A program made the position numbers and the translations under genes. The notes beneath the pieces were generated by a model. The model saw nothing but the letters and a program-made list of their open reading frames with translations, was not told where the DNA came from and searched no databases. 64,000 nt of DNA from Candidatus Marinacidobacterales bacterium (GTDB lineage Bacteria; Acidobacteriota; Vicinamibacteria; Marinacidobacterales; SMYC01), in NCBI GenBank assembly GCA_965224085.1, contig CBDCYI010000004.1:1248001-1312000 (forward strand), in the 5' to 3' direction. Below, in pieces: positions 40,739 to 50,638 of the stretch. Within the stretch, counting starts at the first letter, position 1; each line of letters opens with the position of its first letter.

Positions 40739-42349
40739 CTACTCGTCCCAGCTTTCTAGCGACATGGGAAAGGCTTCTCCCGTCCGCTCGGCGAACCGAC
40801 GGTTGATCTCATCAGCTTGCCTCGCCAGCTGCTCCTCGTCGAGGCCTGGGATACGCCCGCGTTCCACGACCTTCCTCCCGTCCACGATCACCGTTTCGAT
40901 ATCCCGCTGGCTCGCGAAGTAGACCATGGTTCGGATCGGGTCAAACGTGAGTGCCGTGTGGAGCCCCGTCAAGTCGACGATCACGATGTCGGCCTTGGCG
41001 CCAGGAGCGAGGCGGCCCAGGTCGGGTCTGTCGAGCGCAGCCGCTCCTCCCAAAGTCGAAGCGTTGAAGACGTCGCCCGCGGTGACCGCGGCCCGTTCCC
41101 TCTCCACGGTCTTGCCCATGATAGCTGCGACGCGCATCTCCATGAACATGTCCATGGGAAACGCGTCGGTGCCGATGGCGATGTTCACCCCGGCATCCAT
41201 GAACTTCGCGTAGGAGTGGAGCGGTAGGCCGTATCGTGCCCAGATCGCCGGCGTATGTCCTAGTGTGGTGCCGGTAGCTGCGAGCATCTCCGCGTCCCTA
41301 GGGTCTCGGATGGCGGTGTTAGGGGCGGGAGAGATGGGGTTGAGGCTCGTGTATAGGAGGTGGGTAAGGATCGTCTTTGGCCCGAGAAAGCCGATGTCGT
41401 GGAGGTAGTGCACCGGGGTCTTCCCGTATCGTCTTACGATCTCGTGATACTCGGGAAGGTATTGGGAGGTGTGCATGTGGATCGGAACATCTAGCTCCGA
41501 CGCCTTCTCCTTGGTCTGCCTGAGCAAACGCTCGGAGCAGTGGTCGAAGCGATATGGAAACAACATGGTGCGGATGCGGTCGTCGTCCGTTCCTTCGTAC
41601 TCGTTTACGAACCGAACCGCCTCGTCGAGGGCCCTCAAGCCTGCCTCCTCGTCGAAGTGGTAGCGGTCTCCGCTCTCGTCGGTGTAGCGCTTTGCGTCCA
41701 AGTAGGGATGCGAGAGGTACACCCGCGCTCCCATCTCGACGGCGGTTTCCGCGAGCGCTTCTACTTGTTCCCGTGGCGGCTGCAGCGCGGTGGAGCCGAA
41801 CGCGGTGATCTCGCCAATGGTCGTGGCACCGCCTTTTAGGAGCCCGGCGATCGAGAATCTGGCGCTGGTCCGGATGTCGTCGCCCTCGAAATACGCTCTC
41901 GGATTGGCGATGCCGTCGAGCATTCGGGCGCGGGTAACGGGAGAGGCTCCCGTGCCGAGTCCATCGATGCGAAAGTGGACGATGTCGATATTCGAGACCG
42001 CGTGGATGTTGATGAGCCCGGGAAGGATCAAGCGTCCTTCGGCCTCGATGACCTCGTCGGCGTTCCCGTCGTAGCTCTTCCCGACGTGGACGATCCGGTC
42101 GCCCTCGTAAACGACGACTCCGTCATCGATGAGGCGATGCTCCTGTCCGTCAAATCCAACGACCCAGCGACCGCGGACGAGCGTGCGCTTGGTCCCAGAC
42201 TGTTCGGACGAACTCCGCGGCGCGGACGAACTCCCTTCGCCACCCTCCACGGTGCCGCTACCCTCGTCACGCAGGGGATCCCAGCTCGCGAACATCCCCG
42301 CACCCGCCATGCCGGAGGCCGAGGTGGAAAGGAATCGTCGCCGGTTCAT
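40739..42349 (-). CDS. Tat-exported amidohydrolase (TRZ/ATZ chlorohydrolase/deaminase-like)
   Basis: MNRRRFL Tat motif; PGLINIHA, IHMHTSQ, ILTH, IGTD, GRLAPGAKADIV. Confidence 0.85.
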   Translation of the reverse strand: MNRRRFLSTSASGMAGAGMFASWDPLRDEGSGTVEGGEGSSSAPRSSSEQSGTKRTLVRGRWVVGFDGQEHRLIDDGVVVYEGDRIVHVGKSYDGNADEVIEAEGRLILPGLINIHAVSNIDIVHFRIDGLGTGASPVTRARMLDGIANPRAYFEGDDIRTSARFSIAGLLKGGATTIGEITAFGSTALQPPREQVEALAETAVEMGARVYLSHPYLDAKRYTDESGDRYHFDEEAGLRALDEAVRFVNEYEGTDDDRIRTMLFPYRFDHCSERLLRQTKEKASELDVPIHMHTSQYLPEYHEIVRRYGKTPVHYLHDIGFLGPKTILTHLLYTSLNPISPAPNTAIRDPRDAEMLAATGTTLGHTPAIWARYGLPLHSYAKFMDAGVNIAIGTDAFPMDMFMEMRVAAIMGKTVERERAAVTAGDVFNASTLGGAAALDRPDLGRLAPGAKADIVIVDLTGLHTALTFDPIRTMVYFASQRDIETVIVDGRKVVERGRIPGLDEEQLARQADEINRRFAERTGEAFPMSLESWDE

Positions 42350-42428
42350 CGCAGCTTCTTGGTCTCTCATGACGTTTGCCCCCAGTGAGAAGTGGTCGCG
42401 ATGGCGATACAGCCCTGTGCGCGACTCA

Positions 42429-42713
42429 TCATTCACTATATACGCTCGAAACAACCGTGTTTCCTGAAATCTCGATGGCGCAGTTAGAAGCACCAAGATT
42501 GTAGACACTATCGACATACATGCGCTGTCCTGTGTCCGTTCCCGCAGTTCGGTATCGCAGGTAGTCCCCGGTATCTAGGACTTCCTCGACATGCGCGGCG
42601 TTGTGCCCTGAATGGAAGTTGGAACACAGCACCCTTAGCTCCTTCTCCGCCTCGAACCATGAGAAGGCGAGCCAAACGGCTGATACAGTGGCAACGATGA
42701 TTCCGGCCACCAA
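42429..42713 (-). CDS. Small hypothetical membrane-anchored protein; 5' end uncertain
   Basis: One TM segment plus a two-Cys soluble domain; no family recognised. Confidence 0.4.
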   Translation of the reverse strand: MVAGIIVATVSAVWLAFSWFEAEKELRVLCSNFHSGHNAAHVEEVLDTGDYLRYRTAGTDTGQRMYVDSVYNLGASNCAIEISGNTVVSSVYSE

Positions 42714-42802
42714 CTCAAAGACTCTCGTCGCCGACCTAAGAGTCCGATCTCCGCTGCCGTCGATTCTCCGCTCAACACGGCGCCTAGCGCGAGAAGAGGC
42801 AA

Positions 42803-42920
42803 GTGTTCGGCCCTGACGAAACGATCGGCATCGAGGACGCTCTTCGATCGTACACGTGGAACGGTGCGTACCTCACCTACGAAGAAGATTTCAAAGGAAG
42901 TCTCGAAATTGGCAAGGTGG
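42803..42920 (+). pseudogene. Amidohydrolase-3 (YtcJ-like) fragment C, near the C-terminus
   Basis: DALRSYTWNGAY..EEDFKGSLEIGKVA. Confidence 0.8.
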
Positions 42921-43642
42921 CCGTGCAGCTGGTCGAGCGTTCGGTACCATTGCTTGAGTTGGCGAGACTCCACGCGAACCCGCGGGGAGCGACTCGCTCG
43001 CCGCTCCCCATCATCGCGCCACTGCGGCACCCACCGCCGCCCCTGCCGGTCGCAGACGAAGTCGGTCTCGAGCCAGCGCGCCAGACCGTGCTCGCTTGAC
43101 GGAGCACATAGCCGGTTGGCGACCAGCACCAAAGCTCGCTCGCTTAGCGCCACTCCGTCGCGCTTGCCGCGGCCTCCGAGCCGGTCGAGAATCTGCTCCA
43201 GTCCGAGCTCGCGCCACAGCGTCGCCGTCACCACCATCGGACCCCAATCCCACGCGTCTGCCCCCGCGATCTGCTCGGCTGCTCGCTCGGTGTCGGCCGG
43301 TTCACCGGCCCCAAGCAACCGATTGAGGGAGTCGAGATTGGCAACTAGGAGATCCTTGCGCCCCAAGTTGCACACTACGCGTTGCTTCGGCTTGCCGTGC
43401 TCCCGATACGACTCGACCAGGCGGACATACTCATGTTGAACCCCTTTGCCGCCTGCGGCCCGAACGATGCGGAAGAACATAACCTGTCCTCACGCATACT
43501 ACATATCATTGTCCACGATTACAACGTATTAATGGCGCTCAAAGCACAATATCTGTCTCTACGTTTTGGGCAAATTCAACCCCCGTTCCTTTGAATTCAG
43601 TCACTTACGAGCGTTAGGGTGCCCATAAAGGGTAAACATGGG
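42920..43642 (-). mobile_element. IS1634-family element, left end and transposase N-terminus (ATG at 43480)
   Basis: YVRLVESYREHGKPKQRVVCNLGR, LVANRLCAPSSE, YRTLD; left IR CCCATGTTTACCC matches right IR CCCATGTTTCCC; CTAG adjacent. Confidence 0.88.
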
Positions 43643-43808
43643 CTAGGCTGGGATCTGCACACGCACAACACGGGCGATCAGGCCATGCGTCAGACCGTCG
43701 ACCTCTATAAGGAGCTTCTCGACGAAGCGCGGGCGAGTCGACCAGACGCCGACCTGCGTTGGAGCATCATCCACGCTTACTTTCCCATCGAGCCGAAAAC
43801 GAAGATGC
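43643..43808 (+). pseudogene. Amidohydrolase-3 fragment B (middle)
   Basis: LGWDLHTHNTGDQA...RWSIIHA; begins at the CTAG target. Confidence 0.8.
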
Positions 43809-44168
43809 GTCCCGTTTACCACCAGACCGATGAGCGTGTGGAGGCACATCTTTTCGTAGCTACGCTGGCCTTCCTTGTGCATCGGGCTCTTGAGAAAAAG
43901 CTCAAGGTCGCCGAACTCGACCTGTCCGCAACCGAGGCACTACAAGCGCTACGCTCGGTCCGGCTCGTCGACTTACAGCTGGGTTCTGGGCGGACCAAGC
44001 GCGTCGTCACGCGCGGCACCGCTCGCGCCAACTCGATCCTGACTGCACTCGGAATCGTTGAACGCGACCCGCCAGCCTTCTCCGAGGAGGTGCTGTCAGC
44101 GTAGAGACAAACCGCGGATCTCAGTCCTTTGTTTATGATGACTTAGAGACCTAAAAGGGAAACATGGG
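43805..44168 (+). mobile_element. IS1634-family 3' remnant and right end
   Basis: Essentially identical to 4660-5024; followed by CTAG (44169-44172). Confidence 0.9.
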
Positions 44169-44605
44169 CTAGCTCGAGCGCGGCGCGATACTGTGCCTCG
44201 CGAACATCGTTGTCGGCGACGACGGGGTAGCCGAAATTCCGTTCGCCCTCGAGCTCTTCCCACATCTCGAAGGGCTCGGAGACCCAGGCGCTTCTCGTGC
44301 CGACGCCACCGTCACTGTAGACCTTGATGCCACGCCATCTGAGAAAACGATCGCCGATGTTGTTGATCTTGAGACGGTCCAGATGAGCTCGGATATCGGC
44401 TGGGGAATGCCGATTGAACGTGCCTTCGTAGACGGCGCCTATGCGCAAATCGAGATAGCCTCGGTTCTTCGCTTCCTGATACACCTGAACGTTGTGGCCC
44501 ATTCGGGATGACGGATCGATGATGCTCGTGACGCCCAGCCGCAGCATCTCTTGCACACCGAGTCGAACACTTTCTACATCGTCGTCGAACGAGAGCGACG
44601 GCGGC
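44169..44605 (-). pseudogene. Amidohydrolase-3 fragment A (upstream part), inverted relative to B and C
   Basis: LGVTSIID, GIKVYSDGGVGTRSAW..PF; ends ...AALEL at CTAG and continues in fragment B as LGWDLH. Confidence 0.82.
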
Positions 44606-44611
44606 CGTTTC

Positions 44612-46186
44612 GTGACCAAGCGGCGCATGCTTTGGGTACCGCTCGTCTTGACGCTCGGTCTCGCGATGCTGTCCTTTGCACCTCGGGTGCAGGAGAGCCC
44701 AGTGCTGATCGGATCGTTTTGGGCTGCGGCCATGGTGTTGGTCGCCTGGCAGGCCGCGATGTTTCTGCGACACAAGGGCGAGCCTGCCCGTCGTTTCCTC
44801 CGCGTCGAGTTGCGCTCGCAGCACTATCTTCAGGCGACGGTCCAGCTGGCGGTGTTCGCGTACTGGGGTTACTACTGGCGACCCGTCTATGACTATTTCT
44901 GGCTCCTGGTGGCGCAGCTGTTGTTCGCGTATGCCTTCGACATGCTGCTCAACTGGTCGCGCCGCGAGACCTACGTTTTTGGCTTCGGTCCGTTCCCCAT
45001 CATCTTCAGCACGAACCTCTTTCTGTGGTTCAGGGATGACTGGTTCTACCTCCAGTTCGTGATGATCGCGGTCGGGTTCCTGGGGAAGGAATTCGTTCGC
45101 TGGAACCGCGACGGCCGGCGGGTGCACATCTTCAACCCGTCCGCCTTCTCGCTGGCGTTGTTCTCCCTCGTGTTGGTCGCGACGAACACGACGGACCTCA
45201 CGTGGGGCCGGGAGATCGCAACGACCCTGAGTCTCGCGCCGAATATTTATCTGTTTCTGTTCCTGACCGGCCTGGTCGTCATGTACTTCTGCTCGATCAC
45301 GCTGGTTGCCGCCTCGGCGGCGGTCGTCCTGTTCGGTGCGAGCGGGGTGTACTCGGCGGTGACAGGCGTGCCCTATTTCATCGATTCGGAGATTCCGACT
45401 GCCGTGTTTCTCGGTCTGCATCTGCTCGTTACCGATCCGTCGACCTCGCCGCGAACGCCGCTAGGCAAGCTCGTCTTTGGCGTACTGTACGGGCTTTTTG
45501 TGTTCGTGCTGTATGCGCTCCTCGGAGCGGCGGGAGTCCCCACCTTTTACGACAAGCTTCTCTGTGTGCCGCTCTTGAATTTGAGCGTTCAAGGGATCGA
45601 TCGCCTGGTGAGCGTAGTGCGTCGGACGCCTGCCATTCAGGATACCCCTCGTGGTCGTCTGCGCCTAAACCTAAACGGGAAACCCGCCCGCGCGAACCTT
45701 GCCTACATGGCGATCTGGGCGGCGTTTTTTGGCGTTATGGCGACCGTCGGGGCAACAGATGCGACGCATCGTGGTGACACGATTCCGTTCTGGGAGCAGG
45801 CGTGTAACGACGGTCGTCGGAACGCGTGCGAGCACTTGGTACAGATCGAGTCCTCATATTGCGGGGACAATTCAGGATGGGCGTGTAACGAGCTCGGCCG
45901 TCACTACATGGAAGGGAAGTTCACGGCCGCAGACTCCAGGCTGACGCTGGGCTACTTTTCGCGAGCCTGCGAAGCGCGGTTTTCGGCTGGCTGTTTCAAC
46001 CTGCTGGCTCCGGAGAGCCTCCGCCAGGCAAACCCGCGTGAACTCGACCTCCGGCTGTTGCTGCGTGAGGGCGGCACGAATCTGATGGAGATGCCGGAGC
46101 CGGACCTCTACGCTCGGGCCTGCGACCATGGATGGACGTTCGCGTGTCAAACAGCCCCGGGTGTCGAGTCAGGTGGAGGGTCTTAG
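44612..46186 (+). CDS. RnfD/UnbU-like polytopic membrane protein with C-terminal Cys-rich Sel1-like repeats; start uncertain
   Basis: HIFNPSAF and TDPSTSP motifs; many TM segments; four C-x7-C units (CNDGRRNAC, CGDNSGWAC, CEARFSAGC, CDHGWTFAC). Confidence 0.7.
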   Translation: MTKRRMLWVPLVLTLGLAMLSFAPRVQESPVLIGSFWAAAMVLVAWQAAMFLRHKGEPARRFLRVELRSQHYLQATVQLAVFAYWGYYWRPVYDYFWLLVAQLLFAYAFDMLLNWSRRETYVFGFGPFPIIFSTNLFLWFRDDWFYLQFVMIAVGFLGKEFVRWNRDGRRVHIFNPSAFSLALFSLVLVATNTTDLTWGREIATTLSLAPNIYLFLFLTGLVVMYFCSITLVAASAAVVLFGASGVYSAVTGVPYFIDSEIPTAVFLGLHLLVTDPSTSPRTPLGKLVFGVLYGLFVFVLYALLGAAGVPTFYDKLLCVPLLNLSVQGIDRLVSVVRRTPAIQDTPRGRLRLNLNGKPARANLAYMAIWAAFFGVMATVGATDATHRGDTIPFWEQACNDGRRNACEHLVQIESSYCGDNSGWACNELGRHYMEGKFTAADSRLTLGYFSRACEARFSAGCFNLLAPESLRQANPRELDLRLLLREGGTNLMEMPEPDLYARACDHGWTFACQTAPGVESGGGS

Positions 46187-46187
46187 A

Positions 46188-47136
46188 GTGACCACGGCAA
46201 AAGACCCACCCGAGCCTTCGGCGTCCCCGAGTGACGCCAAAGGGGTTGCGGTTATCGCGGCAATCACCGTTGCGGTGACAGGGTGGATGTATTCCCAGCG
46301 ACCACAGGGCGCGGCTCAGTCGACTCCCATATTCGCATCTGACTTTGCTGCTCTCTCGGGGTTCCGCCCGGACGCCTGGTTCCTCCCCGACGATGATCTT
46401 CTGGGATTCGTCGAGATTCCGGCCGGGCCGTTTCGGATGGGAAGCGACCCAAACATCGATCCACGCGCCGTCGACAACGAGCGATGGTCAGCGTCCAGCG
46501 ACCAGGGTACGGTGGACCTCCCGGTCTACTACATCGGTCGGTACGAGGTCACCGTCGCCCAGTTCCGCACGTTCGTCCAGGCGACAGAATTCAGCGTCGA
46601 TGCCCAGGCGCTCGGAGGGCCACCCGGTCGCCGCCGTGTCGTGGCCGGACGCACTTGCGTATTGCCGATGGCTCGAGACGACGTTGCGGGAATGGCCGCA
46701 CACGCCGCCGCCGCTGAGCCGTTTACTCAGCGATGGCTGGCGCGTGACCCTACCGAGTGAGGCGCAGTGGGAGAAGGCGGCGAGGGGAACAGACGGTCGT
46801 ATCTTTCCCTGGGGCAATGAACCCAGGCCGGACCGCGCAAACTATCGACGCTCGAGTGCGGCGCCCGTCGGCAGCTTCGCGTGCCCGGAGTGTCCCTTCG
46901 AGCTGTCCGATATGAGTGGGAACGTGTGGGAGCTGACACGAAGTCCGAATCGGCCTTACCCGTACGATCCGACGAACAAAATCGACCTCGATACGGATGC
47001 GCTCTGGGTGATGCGCGGTGGGTCATACGCCGATCCCGACCAGAACATCCGCGCCGCCATCCGTGGCGGAGCCGATCCGGGCGCGCGTCGTCCTTTCATC
47101 GGATTCCGTGTCGTCCTCACGCGTATCGTGCCCTGA
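46188..47136 (+). CDS. FGE-sulfatase (SUMF1) domain protein, frameshifted near 46620
   Basis: IPAGPFRMGS and YEVTVAQF in frame 1; PVAAVSWPDA, LPSEAQWEKAARG, DMSGNVWE, RGGS, GFRV in frame 2. Confidence 0.85.
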
Positions 47137-47459
47137 GTTCGATGACGAATCTCGCACGCTGATTTTGGAATGTCGTCTCTAAGTTGCGGAAGCTCGATCG
47201 CTATATCGGGCTCGTCGAGGGTGGCGGCGATCCGGTGGAGGCGTTCGTGACCGTTTATGGCGCGGTCGGGGCGATAGAGCGCAAGCTCGCCGATCACGTC
47301 TAGGCGGTGGTTGTTCACTTACTTTTTGTCCGAAAATAGTGACTCAGTGGCCACGAAGGCGTTCGCGCCTGGAGCAAACGAAGTAGAAGTTACATCTAAC
47401 ATAGTCTAATTAACATATATAATAGGTTGATAACACTAAAATAGGTGTACAGTATTTTC

Positions 47460-47792
47460 ATGGTTCTGGAAACGCTTTTTGGTGGTAGCACCGCCGCCAA
47501 GGTTTTGATGTACCTGCAGAATTACGAGGAGGGGTACGCTAGTGGTATCTCAAAGACCTTCGGCATCCCCCAATCAATGGTGCAAAAGCAGCTCAAGAAG
47601 TTCGAGGCTTCAGATATACTCACGAGTCGTTCAATCGGCAACGCTCGGGTGTTTACGTGGAATTCCCGTAATCCAACCGTAGCTCCCCTGAGAGCTTTGC
47701 TTGCGGACTCTTTCAAGTACGTTCCGCGGGACGACATCGTTCGGTTCTACCGAGAGCGACGTCGGCCACGCCGAGCGAACAAACCTCTGTGA
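47460..47792 (+). CDS. Winged-helix DNA-binding protein (putative antitoxin/regulator)
   Basis: LFGG, HTH-like YASGISKTFGIPQSMVQKQLKKFE, wing GNARVF; AT-rich upstream DNA; GTGA overlap with the next gene. Confidence 0.75.
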   Translation: MVLETLFGGSTAAKVLMYLQNYEEGYASGISKTFGIPQSMVQKQLKKFEASDILTSRSIGNARVFTWNSRNPTVAPLRALLADSFKYVPRDDIVRFYRERRRPRRANKPL

Positions 47793-48358
47793 GTCGAATC
47801 CACAGAGGACTCAGCGTCGCCGAGTTGGCAGCGATGGTATCGGAGGCTCTCAACTCTGCCGGGATAGAAGCTGTGTTGGGCGGTGGCAGCGTTGCCACGA
47901 TCTACGCCGACAGCCAATGGGAATCAAAAGATCTTGACTTCATCGTCGCTCGGGTCGATCGAAAGCGAATCGTTGAAGTCTTAGCGAAGCTTGGCTTTCA
48001 ACAGGAATCGGCCGGCTGGTTTTCTCACGCCGACCATTCGCACTACGTCAATACATCATCTTGGCCAGTAGTGATCGGCGAGGAGCAAGTCGACCATTGG
48101 ATCACCCTGACTACCGAAGTAGGAGAGCTTCAAATTTTCACGCCGACCAAATGTGTGAAGGATCGATTGACGGGGTTCTACCACGATCACGATCGACAAT
48201 CTCTAGATCGCGCCGTCGCGGTATGTATCAAGCAAGACGTGGACCTGAAAGAGATCGAGCGTTGGTCCGAGCATGAGCGAGCACCCGAGAAGCTGAAAGA
48301 GTTTCTGGAAACCGTTCGCCGAGCGAAGGCTGCGCAGAAAAGGGAATCCCGCTCGTAG
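47789..48358 (+). CDS. Pol-beta-fold nucleotidyltransferase (AbiEii/MenT-like putative toxin)
   Basis: VLGGGS...SKDLDFI motif; KDRL...DRQSLD. Confidence 0.7.
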   Translation: MSRIHRGLSVAELAAMVSEALNSAGIEAVLGGGSVATIYADSQWESKDLDFIVARVDRKRIVEVLAKLGFQQESAGWFSHADHSHYVNTSSWPVVIGEEQVDHWITLTTEVGELQIFTPTKCVKDRLTGFYHDHDRQSLDRAVAVCIKQDVDLKEIERWSEHERAPEKLKEFLETVRRAKAAQKRESRS

Positions 48359-48464
48359 TCGTATCGTTCCTGCCCGTCATGGTAGTGGTAGTGTCGATGC
48401 CGGAGATCTCCGGAACACTGCTCAGTCGCAACATCATTAAGGGATCAGGATTAACGGATGGCTC

Positions 48465-49796
48465 TCAATTCTCCGAAATCCGGTACAGGTGACGATAGCC
48501 CCGGAGATACATCTCGTCACCGACGATCGCGGGAGACGCGTCGAAGCCGTCGTCCAGGGAGTTCGTTGCGAGGATCTCGAGCTCGGGGCCATTGTCGAGA
48601 ACGAGTGCGTTGCCGTCGCGGCCGAGGATGTAGACACGGCCGTTCACCCCGACGGGCGACGAGTAGATCTCGTAAATGCCTTCGAGCCGTACCGGACCGT
48701 AATGCGCTTCGCCCGTCTTCGCGTCGCGAGCGGTCAGGATTCCGTTGTTGCTCTTCACGAGATACAGGATGTCCTCGTAAAGAAGAGGAGAGGGGACATA
48801 GGGTGTATCCCGGTCGACTTGCCAGAGAATGGCCGAGGTGTCCGTGATGTCGCCTTTGGCCTCGGATAAACGAGCGGCGAAAGCGGCGTTGCCGCGAAAG
48901 CCGCTCGTAACGTACACGATACCGTCCTTTTCGACGGGCGACGGGATGGCGTTCAAGGTGAGACCCGGTCCGGACCAGACGATCTCGCCGGTCTCCAAGT
49001 CGTAGCTCGTCACGTTCTTCGTTCCTGTGGCGATGACTTGAGAACGGCCGGCGTGATCGACGACGAGGGGCGTGCCCCAAGAGCTGACTTCGTCGCGAGC
49101 TTGGTGCCAAACCTCCTCGCCGCTGTTCTTGTCGAGCGCGGCGATGAAAGACTCGCGTTCGTGGTCCCATTGGACGACGACGACGTCTCCATGAAGCGCC
49201 GGTGACGCGCCTTCGCCGAAGCCGCCCCGCGTGTACAAGTCGCCGAAATCTTTGCTCCACTTCAAGTTGCCTTCCATGTCATAGGCGTAGAGGCCCCAGG
49301 AGTTGAAATAAGCGAGAAGGATCTCGCCGTCGGTCATGGCGGAGGCGGAAGCGTAGCTGTTATTGGCTTGCTTGCCGTCGTGTGGCATGGCTTTCGTCGC
49401 GGTCCGCTCCCAAGCGAGGCTCCCGTCGGCGCGGTTCAGAACGAGAAGCTTGAACTCCTGCTCGATCGATGTGGGCGGCGGCCCGCCGCGGCGACGCCTT
49501 TGCCCTTGCGGCGCGTTCGGGTTCGCGTGCGGCGCCAGCGGAGCGACAGATCCGTCGGTCGGAATCGCCGTCAAGATGTAGAGGTGCTCGCCCCAAATGA
49601 TGGGCGTCGAAGAGCCCTGGCCCGGCAGCGCGACTTTCCACTTTACGTTTTTTTCCTCGCTCCACTCGATGGGTGGGTTGGCGTCCTTCGCGATCCCGTC
49701 CATGCGCGAGCCTCGCCAACGCGTCCAATTGCCGTCCTCTGAAAAAAGCGTCGTCGCCACGAAACAGAGACAGATGCCAATGCCTAGCCTTTTCAT
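48465..49796 (-). CDS. Secreted PQQ-like beta-propeller protein
   Basis: Signal peptide, NWTRWRG, GSSTPIIWG, GEGASP, SWGTP, YVPSPL, YSSPV, ASPAI. Confidence 0.88.
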   Translation of the reverse strand: MKRLGIGICLCFVATTLFSEDGNWTRWRGSRMDGIAKDANPPIEWSEEKNVKWKVALPGQGSSTPIIWGEHLYILTAIPTDGSVAPLAPHANPNAPQGQRRRRGGPPPTSIEQEFKLLVLNRADGSLAWERTATKAMPHDGKQANNSYASASAMTDGEILLAYFNSWGLYAYDMEGNLKWSKDFGDLYTRGGFGEGASPALHGDVVVVQWDHERESFIAALDKNSGEEVWHQARDEVSSWGTPLVVDHAGRSQVIATGTKNVTSYDLETGEIVWSGPGLTLNAIPSPVEKDGIVYVTSGFRGNAAFAARLSEAKGDITDTSAILWQVDRDTPYVPSPLLYEDILYLVKSNNGILTARDAKTGEAHYGPVRLEGIYEIYSSPVGVNGRVYILGRDGNALVLDNGPELEILATNSLDDGFDASPAIVGDEMYLRGYRHLYRISEN

Positions 49797-49909
49797 CCGA
49801 TGGAACCTCCATCGCGAATTGTAGCAAAGTCGATGTAGCTCCCCGGGAGCTCACTTGGAAAATAGCGCGCCCTGTGGGCGGAGCAACGGCGTACGTGTAC
49901 ACACGGCGC

Positions 49910-50638
49910 TCACGACGGCAACAGCCCGAGGTGTTGGCACGCCAGGACGTATTTCGACGACCGGGTTACCCAGGGTTCGAGGGGGTGGAGGAGATCACGG
50001 ATGCGCTCTTCGTGACCAAACGGAGCTTTCCCTTCGAGGATCGTTAAGCCGGGGACACGCGCGGGGAAGCGGCGGCTCGGATACAGCCCGCCCTGTCCCC
50101 AGCAGGTGAGGTCGCGGTCGAGCGTGATGCGGATGGGGCCATCCAATGCTTCGTAGTACGTGCGCTCGTACTCGATCAGGAGCTTGGGCTCCGAGCGGGC
50201 TCGCAGGTGCTCCCGTAGGCGCGCCGGAAGAACGCGCGCGAGTCCGACGACGATCTCGTGAAAGGGCATCGAAGCGAGCGAGGCGCCAGGTACTATCGGC
50301 GCTCTCTCTTTGAAGATCCCGTCATCCTCGCGACGTTTGACTTCGAAAAAGAACCTCTTTTCCGGAAACGGGGTATCGTACCAACGGATGCGGGTCTTCG
50401 TGCGCCGCGACGTTCCGTCGAGGTTGGCGCGGCAAGCGCTCAGGGCCGCGTCGTCGAAATAGATGCTGCACACACGCGACCTCGCGCCTCCGTAGCTTAC
50501 GCGGCGGCAATTGACGTCCAGTATGGAGCGAAACTTCCCGGCGTCCACATTCGGAAGCGAGAACTTTAGCTCACGGCGCCCAGGTGCGGCGGCGCTCGCT
50601 GCCTCGAGAGCAAACGACAACGCGTCAGGGGATCTCAT
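49910..50638 (-). CDS. VTC-domain polyphosphate polymerase (CYTH/TTM fold)
   Basis: RRELKF, SIYFDD, KTRIRWY, FEVKRR, KER, YER, RITLD, ILEGK, SKY. Confidence 0.88.
   Translation of the reverse strand: MRSPDALSFALEAASAAAPGRRELKFSLPNVDAGKFRSILDVNCRRVSYGGARSRVCSIYFDDAALSACRANLDGTSRRTKTRIRWYDTPFPEKRFFFEVKRREDDGIFKERAPIVPGASLASMPFHEIVVGLARVLPARLREHLRARSEPKLLIEYERTYYEALDGPIRITLDRDLTCWGQGGLYPSRRFPARVPGLTILEGKAPFGHEERIRDLLHPLEPWVTRSSKYVLACQHLGLLPS

Noticed and set aside
42635-44104. ORFs 42635..43480 and 43619..44104 as novel fusion proteins
   Set aside because: They are read-throughs across rearrangement junctions between IS1634 and amidohydrolase pieces.
44612-46186. A genuine Rnf or Nqr complex
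   Set aside because: No other subunits are present and the protein has an unrelated Sel1-like tail.
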